DNA of 63,869 bases, filler included, from Octopus bimaculoides (taxonomy: Eukaryota), in NCBI RefSeq assembly GCF_001194135.2. It is 8 parts of 8 records of this genome, joined end to end, with 100 filler letters (N's around TTAATTAATTAA, not from the genome) between each part and the next. Parts side by side here need not be neighbours in the genome. Positions count along the whole stretch, not along the records: positions 49,745 to 56,490 come from NC_069002.1; positions 56,591 to 60,467 come from NC_069003.1; positions 60,568 to 62,679 come from NC_068995.1; positions 62,780 to 63,869 come from NW_026355349.1; 4 more parts are not named here. The stretch is one strand, 5' to 3'. Positions 52,623 to 63,869 of the stretch are shown in pieces. The position numbers and the translations under genes are program-made. Within the stretch, counting starts at the first letter, position 1; each line of letters opens with the position of its first letter. The notes beneath the pieces are model-generated. The model was not told where the DNA came from. It searched no databases and saw nothing but the letters and a program-made list of their open reading frames with translations.

Positions 52623-54546
52623 CACACACATATATATATATATATANNNNNNNNNNNNNNNNNNNNNNNNNNNNNNNNNNNNNNNNNNNNNNNNNNNNNN
52701 NNNNNNNNNNNNNNNNNNNNNNNNNNNNNNNNNNNNNNNNNNNNNNNNNNNNNNNNNNNNNNNNNNNNNNNNNNNNNNNNNNNNNNNNNNNNNNNNNNNN
52801 NNNNNNNNNNNNNNNNNNNNNNNNNNNNNNNNNNNNNNNNNNNNNNNNNNNNNNNNNNNNNNNNNNNNNNNNNNNNNNNNNNNNNNNNNNNNNNNNNNNN
52901 NNNNNNNNNNNNNNNNNNNNNNNNNNNNNNNNNNNNNNNNNNNNNNNNNNNNNNNNNNNNNNNNNNNNNNNNNNNNNNNNNNNNNNNNNNNNNNNNNNNN
53001 NNNNNNNNNNNNNNNNNNNNNNNNNNNNNNNNNNNNNNNNNNNNNNNNNNNNNNNNNNNNNNNNNNNNNNNNNNNNNNNNNNNNNNNNNNNNNNNNNNNN
53101 NNNNNNNNNNNNNNNNNNNNNNNNNNNNNNNNNNNNNNNNNNNNNNNNNNNNNNNNNNNNNNNNNNNNNNNNNNNNNNNNNNNNNNNNNNNNNNNNNNNN
53201 NNNNNNNNNNNNNNNNNNNNNNNNNNNNNNNNNNNNNNNNNNNNNNNNNNNNNNNNNNNNNNNNNNNNNNNNNNNNNNNNNNNNNNNNNNNNNNNNNNNN
53301 NNNNNNNNNNNNNNNNNNNNNNNNNNNNNNNNNNNNNNNNNNNNNNNNNNNNTGTGTGTGTGTATGTGTGTGTGTGTGTGTGCGTGTGTGTGTGTATGTA
53401 TGTATGTATATGAATATGTATATATATATATATATATATATAGATAGATAGATACTAAGGAGAGGCTCGGAGGACAGAATTCCCCCCCCATTCCCTACAC
53501 CCCAAAAGCCGAGTTAGATGCAAACGATGTGTTATGGCTGATGTTATCTATATGATCGTGAGGAATGGCCTTTAGATGGGGTGGGCCCTAGTGATGACAA
53601 TATTGTTAGCAAGGGTCAGCGGCAGCGGCGTTTGAAATGATGATGATGATGATGATGATGTCGACGGTGACGATGATGACGCGTATGATGGTGATGATGG
53701 TAATAATTATATGATACTAATGGTGGCGGTGGCTGCTATGGTAGTGGTGGTGGTGGTGGTGGTGATGGTGATGCATGATGGTAGTGAGGAAGATTATTGG
53801 AATTGAAATAAGATTATGATGTTGATGAATGATGAATGATGAGTGATGAATGATGATGGCCGTTGCTGATCTTGATGATGGTGAGGCTTGATGTATGAGT
53901 GAGAGTGCCTGAGAAGGATGCTGATAGAAGGAGAAAGATAAAAACGGTCGAGAGGACATGACAAAAGAAGAAGAAGAAGAAGAAGAAGAAGAAGAAGAAG
54001 AAGAAGAAGAAGAAGAAGAAGAAGAAGAAGAAGAAACAAGAATAACTTTTCTTTCACATTAAAATTCTAAGGGGACGGAAACAAGTGACAACAACAACAA
54101 CAACAATAACAATAATAATATTAATAATAATATCAACAACAACAACAATAATAATAGTGATGGTTTCAAATTTTGGCACAAGGCCAGCAATTTTAGGGAA
54201 TTGGTAAGTCGATTACATTGACCCTAGTGTGCAGCTGGTACTTATTTTACCGCCACCCCCCAAAGGGAAGGGATGGAATAATAGTTTCTAGGATAGGTCC
54301 AAGGCTTGGCTTGTTATTCAATTGCATTGTGTTTTAAGACCTGTTGTAATAGTTTAAATTCTGTCGACATTTCAAGGGAGTCGGGGGTGGAGGGGTGGAG
54401 TGGAGGGACGAAGAGTTGATCTCGACTGGGTTTGAACACAGAACATAAGAAAACAAACGACCCCCCTCCCAGAAATAAATAAATAAATAAATAAATAAAC
54501 AAATAACCGATTCAAAAAAAGTAAAATTGAAAGGAGAAAGAGAGAG

Positions 54547-54602
<56 letters not shown>

Positions 54603-54671
54603 GGGAATGACGGAGGAAAGAAGAAACAAATGAAAATCATGATAAATACAAGACCAACCACTACTACTACA

Positions 54672-54714
<43 letters not shown>

Positions 54715-55109
54715 AGACTAATATTTCTGGTGCTGCTGTTATTGCTCTCTGGAGTTATCATCCCATCGAAAAAACAAAAAAGAAACAAAAAAAAAACAAC
54801 GAAAGAAGGAAAAGGAAAATTCTCCTACCGTTATGCCAATTCGAACATGCGTACCACTGGATTACATTTGATGCAAACCGGTTTATCAATCATTTTATCT
54901 CGTCAGCACGAAACTTCCGTGTTTAACTACTTCTATTGCCGTAAGTTCACTTCTGTTGTATATTTATCAATATATCTTCATGTTCTATTTTATTGTATTG
55001 TGTTGTTCGCTTATACATACATACATACATACATACATACATACATACATACTTGCGTACATACATACATATATATATGTGTATGTGAGTGTATACATAT
55101 ATATACGCG

Positions 55110-55163
<54 letters not shown>

Positions 55164-55395
55164 CATTTCCAAGTAAGTTTATTTAAGTATTATGAATGTA
55201 TATATGTATATATGTATGTATATATGTATGTATATATGTATGTATATATCAATTTATTTATGTATTTATATATGTATGCATATATGTATATATGTATGTA
55301 TATATGGGAGAATATACAAAAAATAACAACAGACGAGGACAGGTGGTGTAAATAACAAAAGTATATATTAGTATGACGCTCGGGAATACGGAAAG

Positions 55396-55432
55396 TCTTT
55401 GACGTTTCGAGCTACGCTCTTCAACAGAAAGA
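55396..55432 (-). ncRNA. Atypical minimal hammerhead-like motif in a possibly Penelope-related repeat
   Basis: Reverse complement reads TCTTT-CTGTTGAA-GAGC-GTA-GCTC-GAA-ACGT-C-AAAGA: 5-bp stem I, 4-bp stem II, palindromic ACGT stem III, GTC triplet. The core is non-canonical. Confidence 0.4.
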
Positions 55433-55579
55433 ATACGGAGACAAGGAGAAAAATACGGAGAAAAAAAAATTGGGAGAAAAAAATTGATGTATATATATAT
55501 ATGTATGTATGTATATGAGTACATATCTGTAGAAATTTTTAAAACGTCGTAAATTTTACTCCCACAACTAAAGCTCACG

Positions 55580-55627
<48 letters not shown>

Positions 55628-56670
55628 AGATATATATATATATATATCGATAGATAGATATGTTTTTGTATATTTCTATGTGTCTATGTACACAAACACA
55701 CACATACACATATACACACACACACACACACACGCATCTGTATATAAGTATGTATGTACGTATCTATATTGAGACATGTGTTTAAAAAGTTAGATATATA
55801 TTATACAAATAAATATACATTAGCAGACTGTGTACGTAAAGGGCCTTATCGTCTGCGAGGAAATTGTAACATATATTGTATATCATACGTGGAAAGGACG
55901 GGAGCAGAAGTTAGGTACTAGCAACAGGGGTACCTTCGTATAACCTATTCTACTGTCACTTAATTACCACCGTTTATTGCCACTCTGTGAGTTCAAATCC
56001 CGTTGGTGCTTCTTTATACAATGCGTTTTGCTCAAGGAGCCACCGTCAGTCATCAGAAGTTTGTGTTTATTTTCAAAGTAAGGAAAGCAGCTGGAAGAAC
56101 GACGTTCTCATCTAGCAGATCTAGGATGAAAGCCCATCTTGTCGTGACCATTCCGTCGAAATTTTAGAAATCTGGTCAGGCGTGTCTGTGTGGTTAAAAC
56201 CTTCGTTTTGCAGCCGCGTTGTTTTGGTTTCAGTTCCAGTGTGCAGTATCACCGGGCGAGTTAAAGATTGCCAACCAATACCTGATGAGAAAATTTGGCA
56301 GACGGATACTGTGCGGAATCCCGTTGGGTGTGTATATATATATCTGCAGCCACACACAGACAAACTCACACACATACACGCCCATACACGCACCTATATA
56401 CATACGTGAATGAAATAGTGCGAATGTTTGCATGTGCGTGAATATAAAATGAGACCAGAGCCAAGAAAACAAAGAAATACAGAAATAAAGNNNNNNNNNN
56501 NNNNNNNNNNNNNNNNNNNNNNNNNNNNNNNNNNTTAATTAATTAANNNNNNNNNNNNNNNNNNNNNNNNNNNNNNNNNNNNNNNNNNNNGTTGAAAATA
56601 AGGAGTAGATTGAAGGGCAGAGGATGGATATACATAATATATGTATGTGTGTGCATGTATGTATATGTAT

Positions 56671-56772
56671 ATCATCATCATCATCATCGTTTAACGTCCG
56701 CTTTCCATGCTAGCATGGGTTGGACGATTTGACTGAGGACTGGTGAAACCGGATGGCAACACCAGGCTCGTG

Positions 56773-56803
<31 letters not shown>

Positions 56804-57180
56804 CTCATCATCATCATCATTTAACATCCTTTTTCTCATGCTGGCATGGGTTGGATCATTTGACAAAGGCAGATGAGTCAGAGGGCTCTACCAGGTTCTA
56901 TGTCTGCTTTGTGTGTGTGTGTGCATATATATATATATATAAAATCATCATCATCATCATTGCCAGCATTCAACATCCGTTTTCCATGCTGGCATGGGGT
57001 GAATGATTTGACAGGAGCTGACCAGCTGAAGAACTACCCAGACTCCATGTCAGTTTTAGCAGGGTTTCTACAAACTGGATGCCCTTCCTGATGCCAACCA
57101 TTCTACAGAGTGTACTGGGTGCTTGTATGCAGCACTAGCACAGGTGCGTTTACATGGCACTAGTACCCATGAGCTAGTAA
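56671..57180 (-). mobile_element. Three stacked truncated family 3 copies
   Basis: (CAT)n-TTAAC-TCC--TTT--CATGCT-GCATGGG recurs at about 56680, 56815 and 56970. Confidence 0.65.
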
Positions 57181-58021
57181 GGTTTGAGGGTTTCGTGCAT
57201 TAGTACTTATCAAATTAATGCACAAAACTCTCAGACACTGTTGCTTCTGCTAAATATCAATAAATAAATGTGTGTGTGTGTGTGTGTGAGCACATGCATG
57301 TGTATGTATAGAGGCGTTTGTACTGATAAATTCTGCAAACCAAAAATTGTATTTTCATCAAAGTAGAATTGAATTATTTAAAAATTTTTGTTTGAGAAAT
57401 TACACATAGGAGATCCCACACACGTTTTCTGGATGTATATGTGATATGACCAGTTTATGACTTTATGACAGTGAGAACTCCTGTATGCTAGCATAATTGT
57501 TTAGCCAAATGTGCAGATGATTTACGAAAGAAATTCTAGACATGGACACAAAACCTAGAATCAAAAGTTGTCAAAGTAAACATATGAAGCGTTGCAGTTT
57601 TTAAGCTGTCAAGACAGGAGAAAATATACACACTGGGTTCATGTCAGCAAACTAGAGCTGCCATCTAGGTCAAGTAAAAATTATGAGAATGATTATTAAA
57701 AGCAGAAAAACTGAGAATGTGGTTAGCTTAAATGCAGGTGGCCACTAACTGCTTGGCACCGAAATCACCCTTATTTATAAGCTCTGTAAAGAAACTTTCA
57801 AGCAATTTCTAGAAAGATACATCACACAATGTCTTGTTACTGAATGGTCCATAACCTGGCTGATCACATGAAAAAGCTGTTGTTAAACTGTGATTTTAAG
57901 TTGGCAATTTGTTGATTTAGTTTACAATCTTGCTACAGTTTTAATAATTTGGAAAGAAGACAACATAAGGGAAATGGCCATACTCAATATGCAGAAAAGG
58001 AATATGTAGAAATTCAATATA

Positions 58022-58320
58022 GTGTACTTTGCCAGTGCCGCTGGACTGGCTCCTGTGCAGGTGGCACGTAAAATACACCATTTTGAGCATGGCCGTTGCC
58101 AGTACCGCCTGACTGGCCTTCGTGCCAGTGGTACGTAAAAGCACCCACTACACTCTCGTATTGGTTGGTGTTAGGAAGGGCATCCAGCTGTAGAAACTCT
58201 GCCAGGTCAGATTGGAGCCTGGCGTAGCGATCTGGTTCACCAGTCCCCAGTCAAATCGTCCAACCCATGCTAGTATGGAAAGCGGACGTTAAACGATGAT
58301 GATGATGATGATGAACGATG
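58022..58320 (+). mobile_element. Interspersed repeat family 3 (RTE-like 3' end, (GAT)n tail)
   Basis: Ends CCCATGCTAGTATGGAAAGCGGACGTTAAACGATGATGAT. Homologous to 62043-62460 in reverse. Confidence 0.7.
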
Positions 58321-59388
58321 ATCACCTCTGTAGTGCTGGTGCCTTGGTAGAATGCATCCAGTACACTATGGAAGGTGGCTAGCATTAGGAAAGGCATCTA
58401 ACTTCAGAAATCATACTAAAACTGGAAGAAGTATGATGTGAGCCTCTGATCCATTTAAGAGAGCAGTAAATCCAAACAAGAATTCACTTGCATTGTGACT
58501 GTCCAGCCCATGTCAACAGGGAAAGTGGACAAAAGATGATGATGATGTATATGTATATATGCACATATAAAGTGTTTAGTCCATATTAGCCATCATAGCG
58601 AAGGCCATGCTGGAGCTTAGATCTGAATGCAAACATATTTCTAATATTCATTCTTTTGTATAATTAATTTAATGATTTATATAACATGTAGCTTGACGAA
58701 CACATGTTTAGCCTTGAGTGAATAGACTTATGATTAAAGGCATTCTAGCCATGACCATCCCATCTGCTTTTGTATCAGAGGTAACATTATCTATCTTTCC
58801 TTTTGCTAAGATATTGGGTGGGGCAAATGTGTTGAAGGAAATTTAATTACTATTTCCAGCACCCAAGTGACCACACCAAGATCACCATGACATTTCTGGT
58901 AGAGCTGGGATCACCATGGCATTTCCAGTAGAACTAGGATACAACAATACTTTCTCTATAATTGGAAGAAAGGCGTCCAAGAAAAAGAATAAAATAAGAA
59001 AAAAAAACACAAAAAATCCTCAAACAATTGTTATTTTGCTTAGTAATCATTTAAAGAAACAAACTTCAACTGATTAGCTACAGTAGTTACTGAAATATCA
59101 GATCTCCTACTCAAACAAACAAACAAGAGAAAACAGAGGCAATTAATTTTTGGGGTGATTTATGTTCAATGGAACAATAGAAATGGTGCACAAAAAGACA
59201 ACAACAGCAAAAACCAAAATGCGACAAAGGAAATGAATAGATAAAAAGGAAAAGCCAAACAACAACAACAACAACACTGCCCACTTTCCGTCTATACATA
59301 CAAATCCGGTGATTTTATCAGCTGCTACTTATGAATTTTGTTGTAGTTTGAAAGATTCCATTGAACAAGAAACTCGCCAACCTCATAA

Positions 59389-59431
<43 letters not shown>

Positions 59432-60229
59432 TGCAGACACAAACACAAAGACACACCCCGGAAAGATGAAATACAAAGTCGACCTCAGCAAAATTTGAAC
59501 TCACAACCTAATAACATACAAAAAGTTGCTAAGCGCTTTTGTCTGTATTTCAAAGTGTATTGAGGGATTGTCACTTGTAGGGGAAGTTATCACATAACGG
59601 CAAAAGCTTAGATTTCATAAATGCTTTGACATTTGTGACAAACCAGGAGGGGCAAGTTGAAGAGATTTTGGAAAAGCTTGAGGAATTGTGGTCATGAAGT
59701 GTAACCCTTCAGCATTCAGATTATTTTCCCAAATGTAACACTTATTTTCATTCTTTTATTTTGTTCCAGTCATTTGAGTGTGGCTAAGCTGGAGCAACCC
59801 TTTGAAAGGTTTTAGTCAAACAAACTGACCCCAGGATTTATTTTTTTAAAGCCTAGTACTTATTTCGAATCTTTGTGGTTTTCCTCACTGTCTACAATTT
59901 TGTTCCAGTTGTTTTCAAATTTGGTGTATGGATCAAGTTTTGTATAATAAATATGAAAATGAAATTCATTATTCTTATAAATCCATAATTAAAAAATTAC
60001 TAGCCTTTAAAATTTGCAAAATTTGGGTATTTTAGCCAATCAGAAGCAAGTATTTTACGCATCACTGTGGTGAAGAACTCTGTTTCCATAGTAACCAAAG
60101 CATAGAAGCACCACGTGTTTTATAAATGTTTGTTGTCCTAACAGAAAGAATTCGATTCTAGAACGTTATAGAGATTTTACATACATATTTATATATACAT
60201 ATATTTACATATATCCGTACATATATCCG

Positions 60230-60267
<38 letters not shown>

Positions 60268-60295
60268 CACACACACATATATATATATATATTGC

Positions 60296-60467
60296 TTACA
60301 ACGTTGAGGGTTCCAGTTGGTCCGATCAACGGAACAGCCTGCTCGTGAAATTAACGTGCAAGTGGCTGAGCACTCCACAGACAAGTGTACCCTTAACGTA
60401 GTTCTCGGGGATATTCAGCATGACACAGTGTGACAAGGCTGACCCTTTGAAATACAGCTACAACAGA
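60296..60467 (+). mobile_element. Interspersed repeat family 4 copy
   Basis: Near-identical to 11742-11945, truncated at a linker. Confidence 0.8.
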
Positions 60468-61073
60468 NNNNNNNNNNNNNNNNNNNNNNNNNNNNNNNNN
60501 NNNNNNNNNNNTTAATTAATTAANNNNNNNNNNNNNNNNNNNNNNNNNNNNNNNNNNNNNNNNNNNNATATATATATATATATATATATATGCATATATA
60601 TCTTTCTGAATATAAGCAGATATGTGTCAATGGATGTATGTGTATGTGTGTGTGTGTGTGTGTATGTACATGTATATATATAAAGAGTGAGAGTGAGAGA
60701 CATATACACACACAGATGCACACAGACACACAGACTCACACATGCACACACACTTATACACATACATACATATATATATTTATCTTACAGTGGAAAGCAA
60801 CCCCGGTGAAAGTAAGATTTCACTCTGTTGCTCTCCAAAAATCACAATAATATTTAAAAAAATAACAAAAATAACGAAAATAACGAAAATAATAAAAATA
60901 CCAAAAGTTAATAAAGTAAAATTAAAAAACAAAACAATTAAATACTCCTTCTTATTTAATTAATTAATGAAGGTTTAGCGAAAAGTGATTCCTTCAAATC
61001 TTCTCTAACAACTTACCATTATTCAAATGAAAACAATGCTGATTCCATATATTATCACATTGCTTTAGCTTCT

Positions 61074-61113
<40 letters not shown>

Positions 61114-61582
61114 GTAGGTGTTTGTATATGCGTGTATGTGTGTGTCTGTAAATATATATATGTGTTTGTGTTTGTATGTGTTGTACATATGCGTCTTTGT
61201 GTGTTTGTGCATGTATATATGCTTCTGTGCATGTGTGTTTGTGCGTATGTGTGTTTGTGTATGTGTGTGTGTGTGTGTGTGTGTTTGTGCGTGTATGTAT
61301 CTGTTGTACATGTGTTTGTGTGTGTGTGTGTGTGTGTGTGCTTGGGTGTGTTTGTGCATGTGTGTGTGTGTCTTGTTTGTATGTGTTGTACATATGTGTG
61401 TTTGTGTGTGCTTGGGTGTGTATATGCTTGTGTTTGTATGCGTGTGTGTACGTTTGTGTATGTTTTGCTTGCATGTGTTTGTGTATGTATGTGTGTGCAT
61501 GTGCATGTGTGTATCAGTGTTTGTGTGTCTGTACATGTGTGTTTGCATGTGTGTGGATGGGTGCTTATATCTGTGCAGGTGT

Positions 61583-61740
61583 GTGCAGGCATAGCTGTGT
61601 GGTACGAAGCTTGCTTCCCAACCACATGGTTCTAGGTTCAGTCCCATTGTATGGCACCTTGGGCAAGTGTTTTCTACTATAGCCTCAGGCTGACCAAAGC
61701 CTTGTGAGTGGATTTGGTAGACGGAAACTAAAAGAAGCCC
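61583..61740 (+). mobile_element. SINE family 1, 5' half
   Basis: Same head, B-box and GGATTTGGTAGACGGAAACT motif. Confidence 0.8.
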
Positions 61741-62042
61741 ATTGTGTGTATATATATATATATATATTATCTTATGATATTTACTTTACTTTATATTATA
61801 CTCATTTATTGTGCTTTTAATTATTAATTTTTCTATATGTGATAGTGGATTTTCATCGATGAGTTCTTGAAAATTGGTTATTTTCCCTAAAACTATATAT
61901 ATTTTATATATACTTTATCTATAAGGCTCAATTTAATTTTAATTTTTTATAAATTGATTTTAATTGAGTTTTTTACCTGTAATTTTGGATTTTGTCCCTA
62001 ATAATATTATTATATATATATATATATATATAATACATATAT

Positions 62043-62460
62043 ATCATCACCATCATCATCGTCATCATCGTTTAACGTCCGCTTTCCATGCTAGCATGGG
62101 TTGGACGACTTGACTGAGGACTAGCAAGCCAGTTGGCTGCACCAGGCTCCAATCTGATCTGGCAGAGTTTCTACAGCTGGATGCCCTTCCTAACGCCAAC
62201 CACTCCGAGAATGTAGTGGGTGCTTTTACGTACCACCGGCACGAGGGCCAGTCACACAGTACTGGCAACGGTCATGCTCAAAAAGGTGTTTTTTACATGC
62301 CACCTGCACAGGAGCCAGTCCAGCGGCACTGGCAACGATCTCGCTCGAATGTTTTTCTAACATGCCACCAGCACAAGTGCTAGAAGGCAACGCTGGTAAC
62401 AATTACGCTCAAATGGTGCTATTTACAGGCCACTAGCACAGAAGCCAGACAGCTGCTCTG
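62043..62460 (-). mobile_element. Interspersed repeat family 3 copy with internal subrepeats
   Basis: CATCATCGTTTAACGTCCGCTTTCCATGCTAGCATGGGTTGGACG start; repeated GCCAGTC..CGGCACTGGCAACG units. Confidence 0.7.
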
Positions 62461-62582
62461 GTAATGAACACACTCTGATTATCAGGAGTGTCAAGCAAAG
62501 ACACACAAACCTAAACATGGGTTGATTATTGAAAAGCATTCAATATGATACTAGACTCCTGGATAATAGATAATAAGGGAAA

Positions 62583-62621
<39 letters not shown>

Positions 62622-62787
62622 TTGCACATACATATGATGGTGGTGTCAGAGAAGGTTTATGGATGTAGGCAAGTATATANNNNNNNNNNNNNNNNNNNNN
62701 NNNNNNNNNNNNNNNNNNNNNNNTTAATTAATTAANNNNNNNNNNNNNNNNNNNNNNNNNNNNNNNNNNNNNNNNNNNNCGTTAAAC

Positions 62788-62827
<40 letters not shown>

Positions 62828-62877
62828 GTCTAATCAAATTAGTACATAATTATCATGTTCTCTACTAGTTGTTTAGT

Positions 62878-63235
62878 TCACCATTGTATTCTATGTTAAT
62901 TCCAACCATTCATATTATCACTTTCTTAAACCTTGATGAGTTCATCATTATAAACCCTGTAAATCCTATGTATCAATTCTTTACAGTAGTTATAAAATAA
63001 ATTTTATTGCTTATGTGTCCTTTAACTGATATTAGATATATAAGTTTTAATTTTCACCATTATATTCTATGTTAATTCCAACCATTCATTTTACCAGTTT
63101 CTTAAAAACCCTGATGAGTCCATCATTATATACCATGTAAATCCTATGTATCAATTCTTTACAGTAGTTATAAAATAAATTTTATCTCTTATGTGTCCTT
63201 TAAAAGATATTAGATATATATAAGTTTAATTTTAA
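62878..63235. repeat. Two-copy 176-bp AT-rich tandem repeat
   Basis: TCACCATT-TATTCTATGTTAATTCCAACCATTCA at 62878 and 63054. Confidence 0.85.
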
Positions 63236-63869
63236 TTTTAAAATTATTTTTAGTCCAATATAAATAAAAAAATTTTAATTTCACATCTTATCTATGGTTC
63301 TTTATAAGTCTAAATGTACTTTACCAGAGCATTTTAAATTAATACTACTTCATGGTTTTTGCATACTGAATCTATTGAAGAGTTACATTACTATACACTA
63401 TTTCTTTTTATTTCTTATTTCATTATTAATTTCTTAATTTCTTAATTTATAATTAGCTTTTATTTATTCACATATTAATTAAGCAAATATTGGTATCTCA
63501 AATTTTCCAAACTTAGCATATGTAAAACAATACTGATATATTATTCTGATTAATGAAAACTATGAATAAACATATACTGTATCTGTACACATATAACAAC
63601 TTTATTTTATATACTTTTGACCTAGGTGCCTTATGTTAAACTTCCCCTGCGTCATTACAAACTGGTCTGCTAGTAGAGAACCTCCCCCCCCAACCTATAG
63701 TAGTTTGTCACTAAAACCAAAAGAATCTTTATAACCATATCATCTATGTATATTGTTTACCCCTTTCCCTTTCCCTATAAGGAAAAGGCTGGTGCCCTCT
63801 TACTCTTTGAATCACTATGTCTGATAAGATGAAACAAAAAAAAAAACAAATAAAATCAGTGACAGTTAA

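Noticed and set aside
56030-56060. Minus-strand CTGATGA
   Set aside because: No GAAA or stems downstream.
63105-63150. CCTGATGAGTCC as a hammerhead core
   Set aside because: No complementary stem II strand and no downstream GAAA.

Overview
This is repeat-saturated, AT-rich animal genomic DNA from a draft assembly. The microsatellite load and SINE families look cephalopod (Octopus-like), but that is inference. The window has many N gaps plus seven artificial 100-bp linkers (44N-TTAATTAATTAA-44N), so neighbouring segments may not be truly adjacent. Almost all ORFs in the track are microsatellite or N artefacts. Supported content: several SINE-like families; decayed DNA transposons (a TIR-complete mariner, an IR/DR Tc1, an internally deleted DD37D maT, mariner 3' fragments, and a hAT MITE with a nested Tc1/mariner MITE); 3' fragments of restriction-like-endonuclease (RLE) non-LTR retrotransposons (HERO-like and R4/Dong-like); and one probable long low-complexity coding exon on the minus strand (about 49.7-51.0 kb). 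The most interesting signal is a non-coding 357-bp tandem repeat carrying a complete type I hammerhead ribozyme (35.7-36.7 kb). A diverged copy at 5.1-5.4 kb shows compensatory changes in all three ribozyme stems. Together these suggest a retrozyme/circRNA-like family. A second, atypical minimal hammerhead-like motif lies at 55.4 kb. No CRISPR array, rRNA or bona fide tRNA gene was found.
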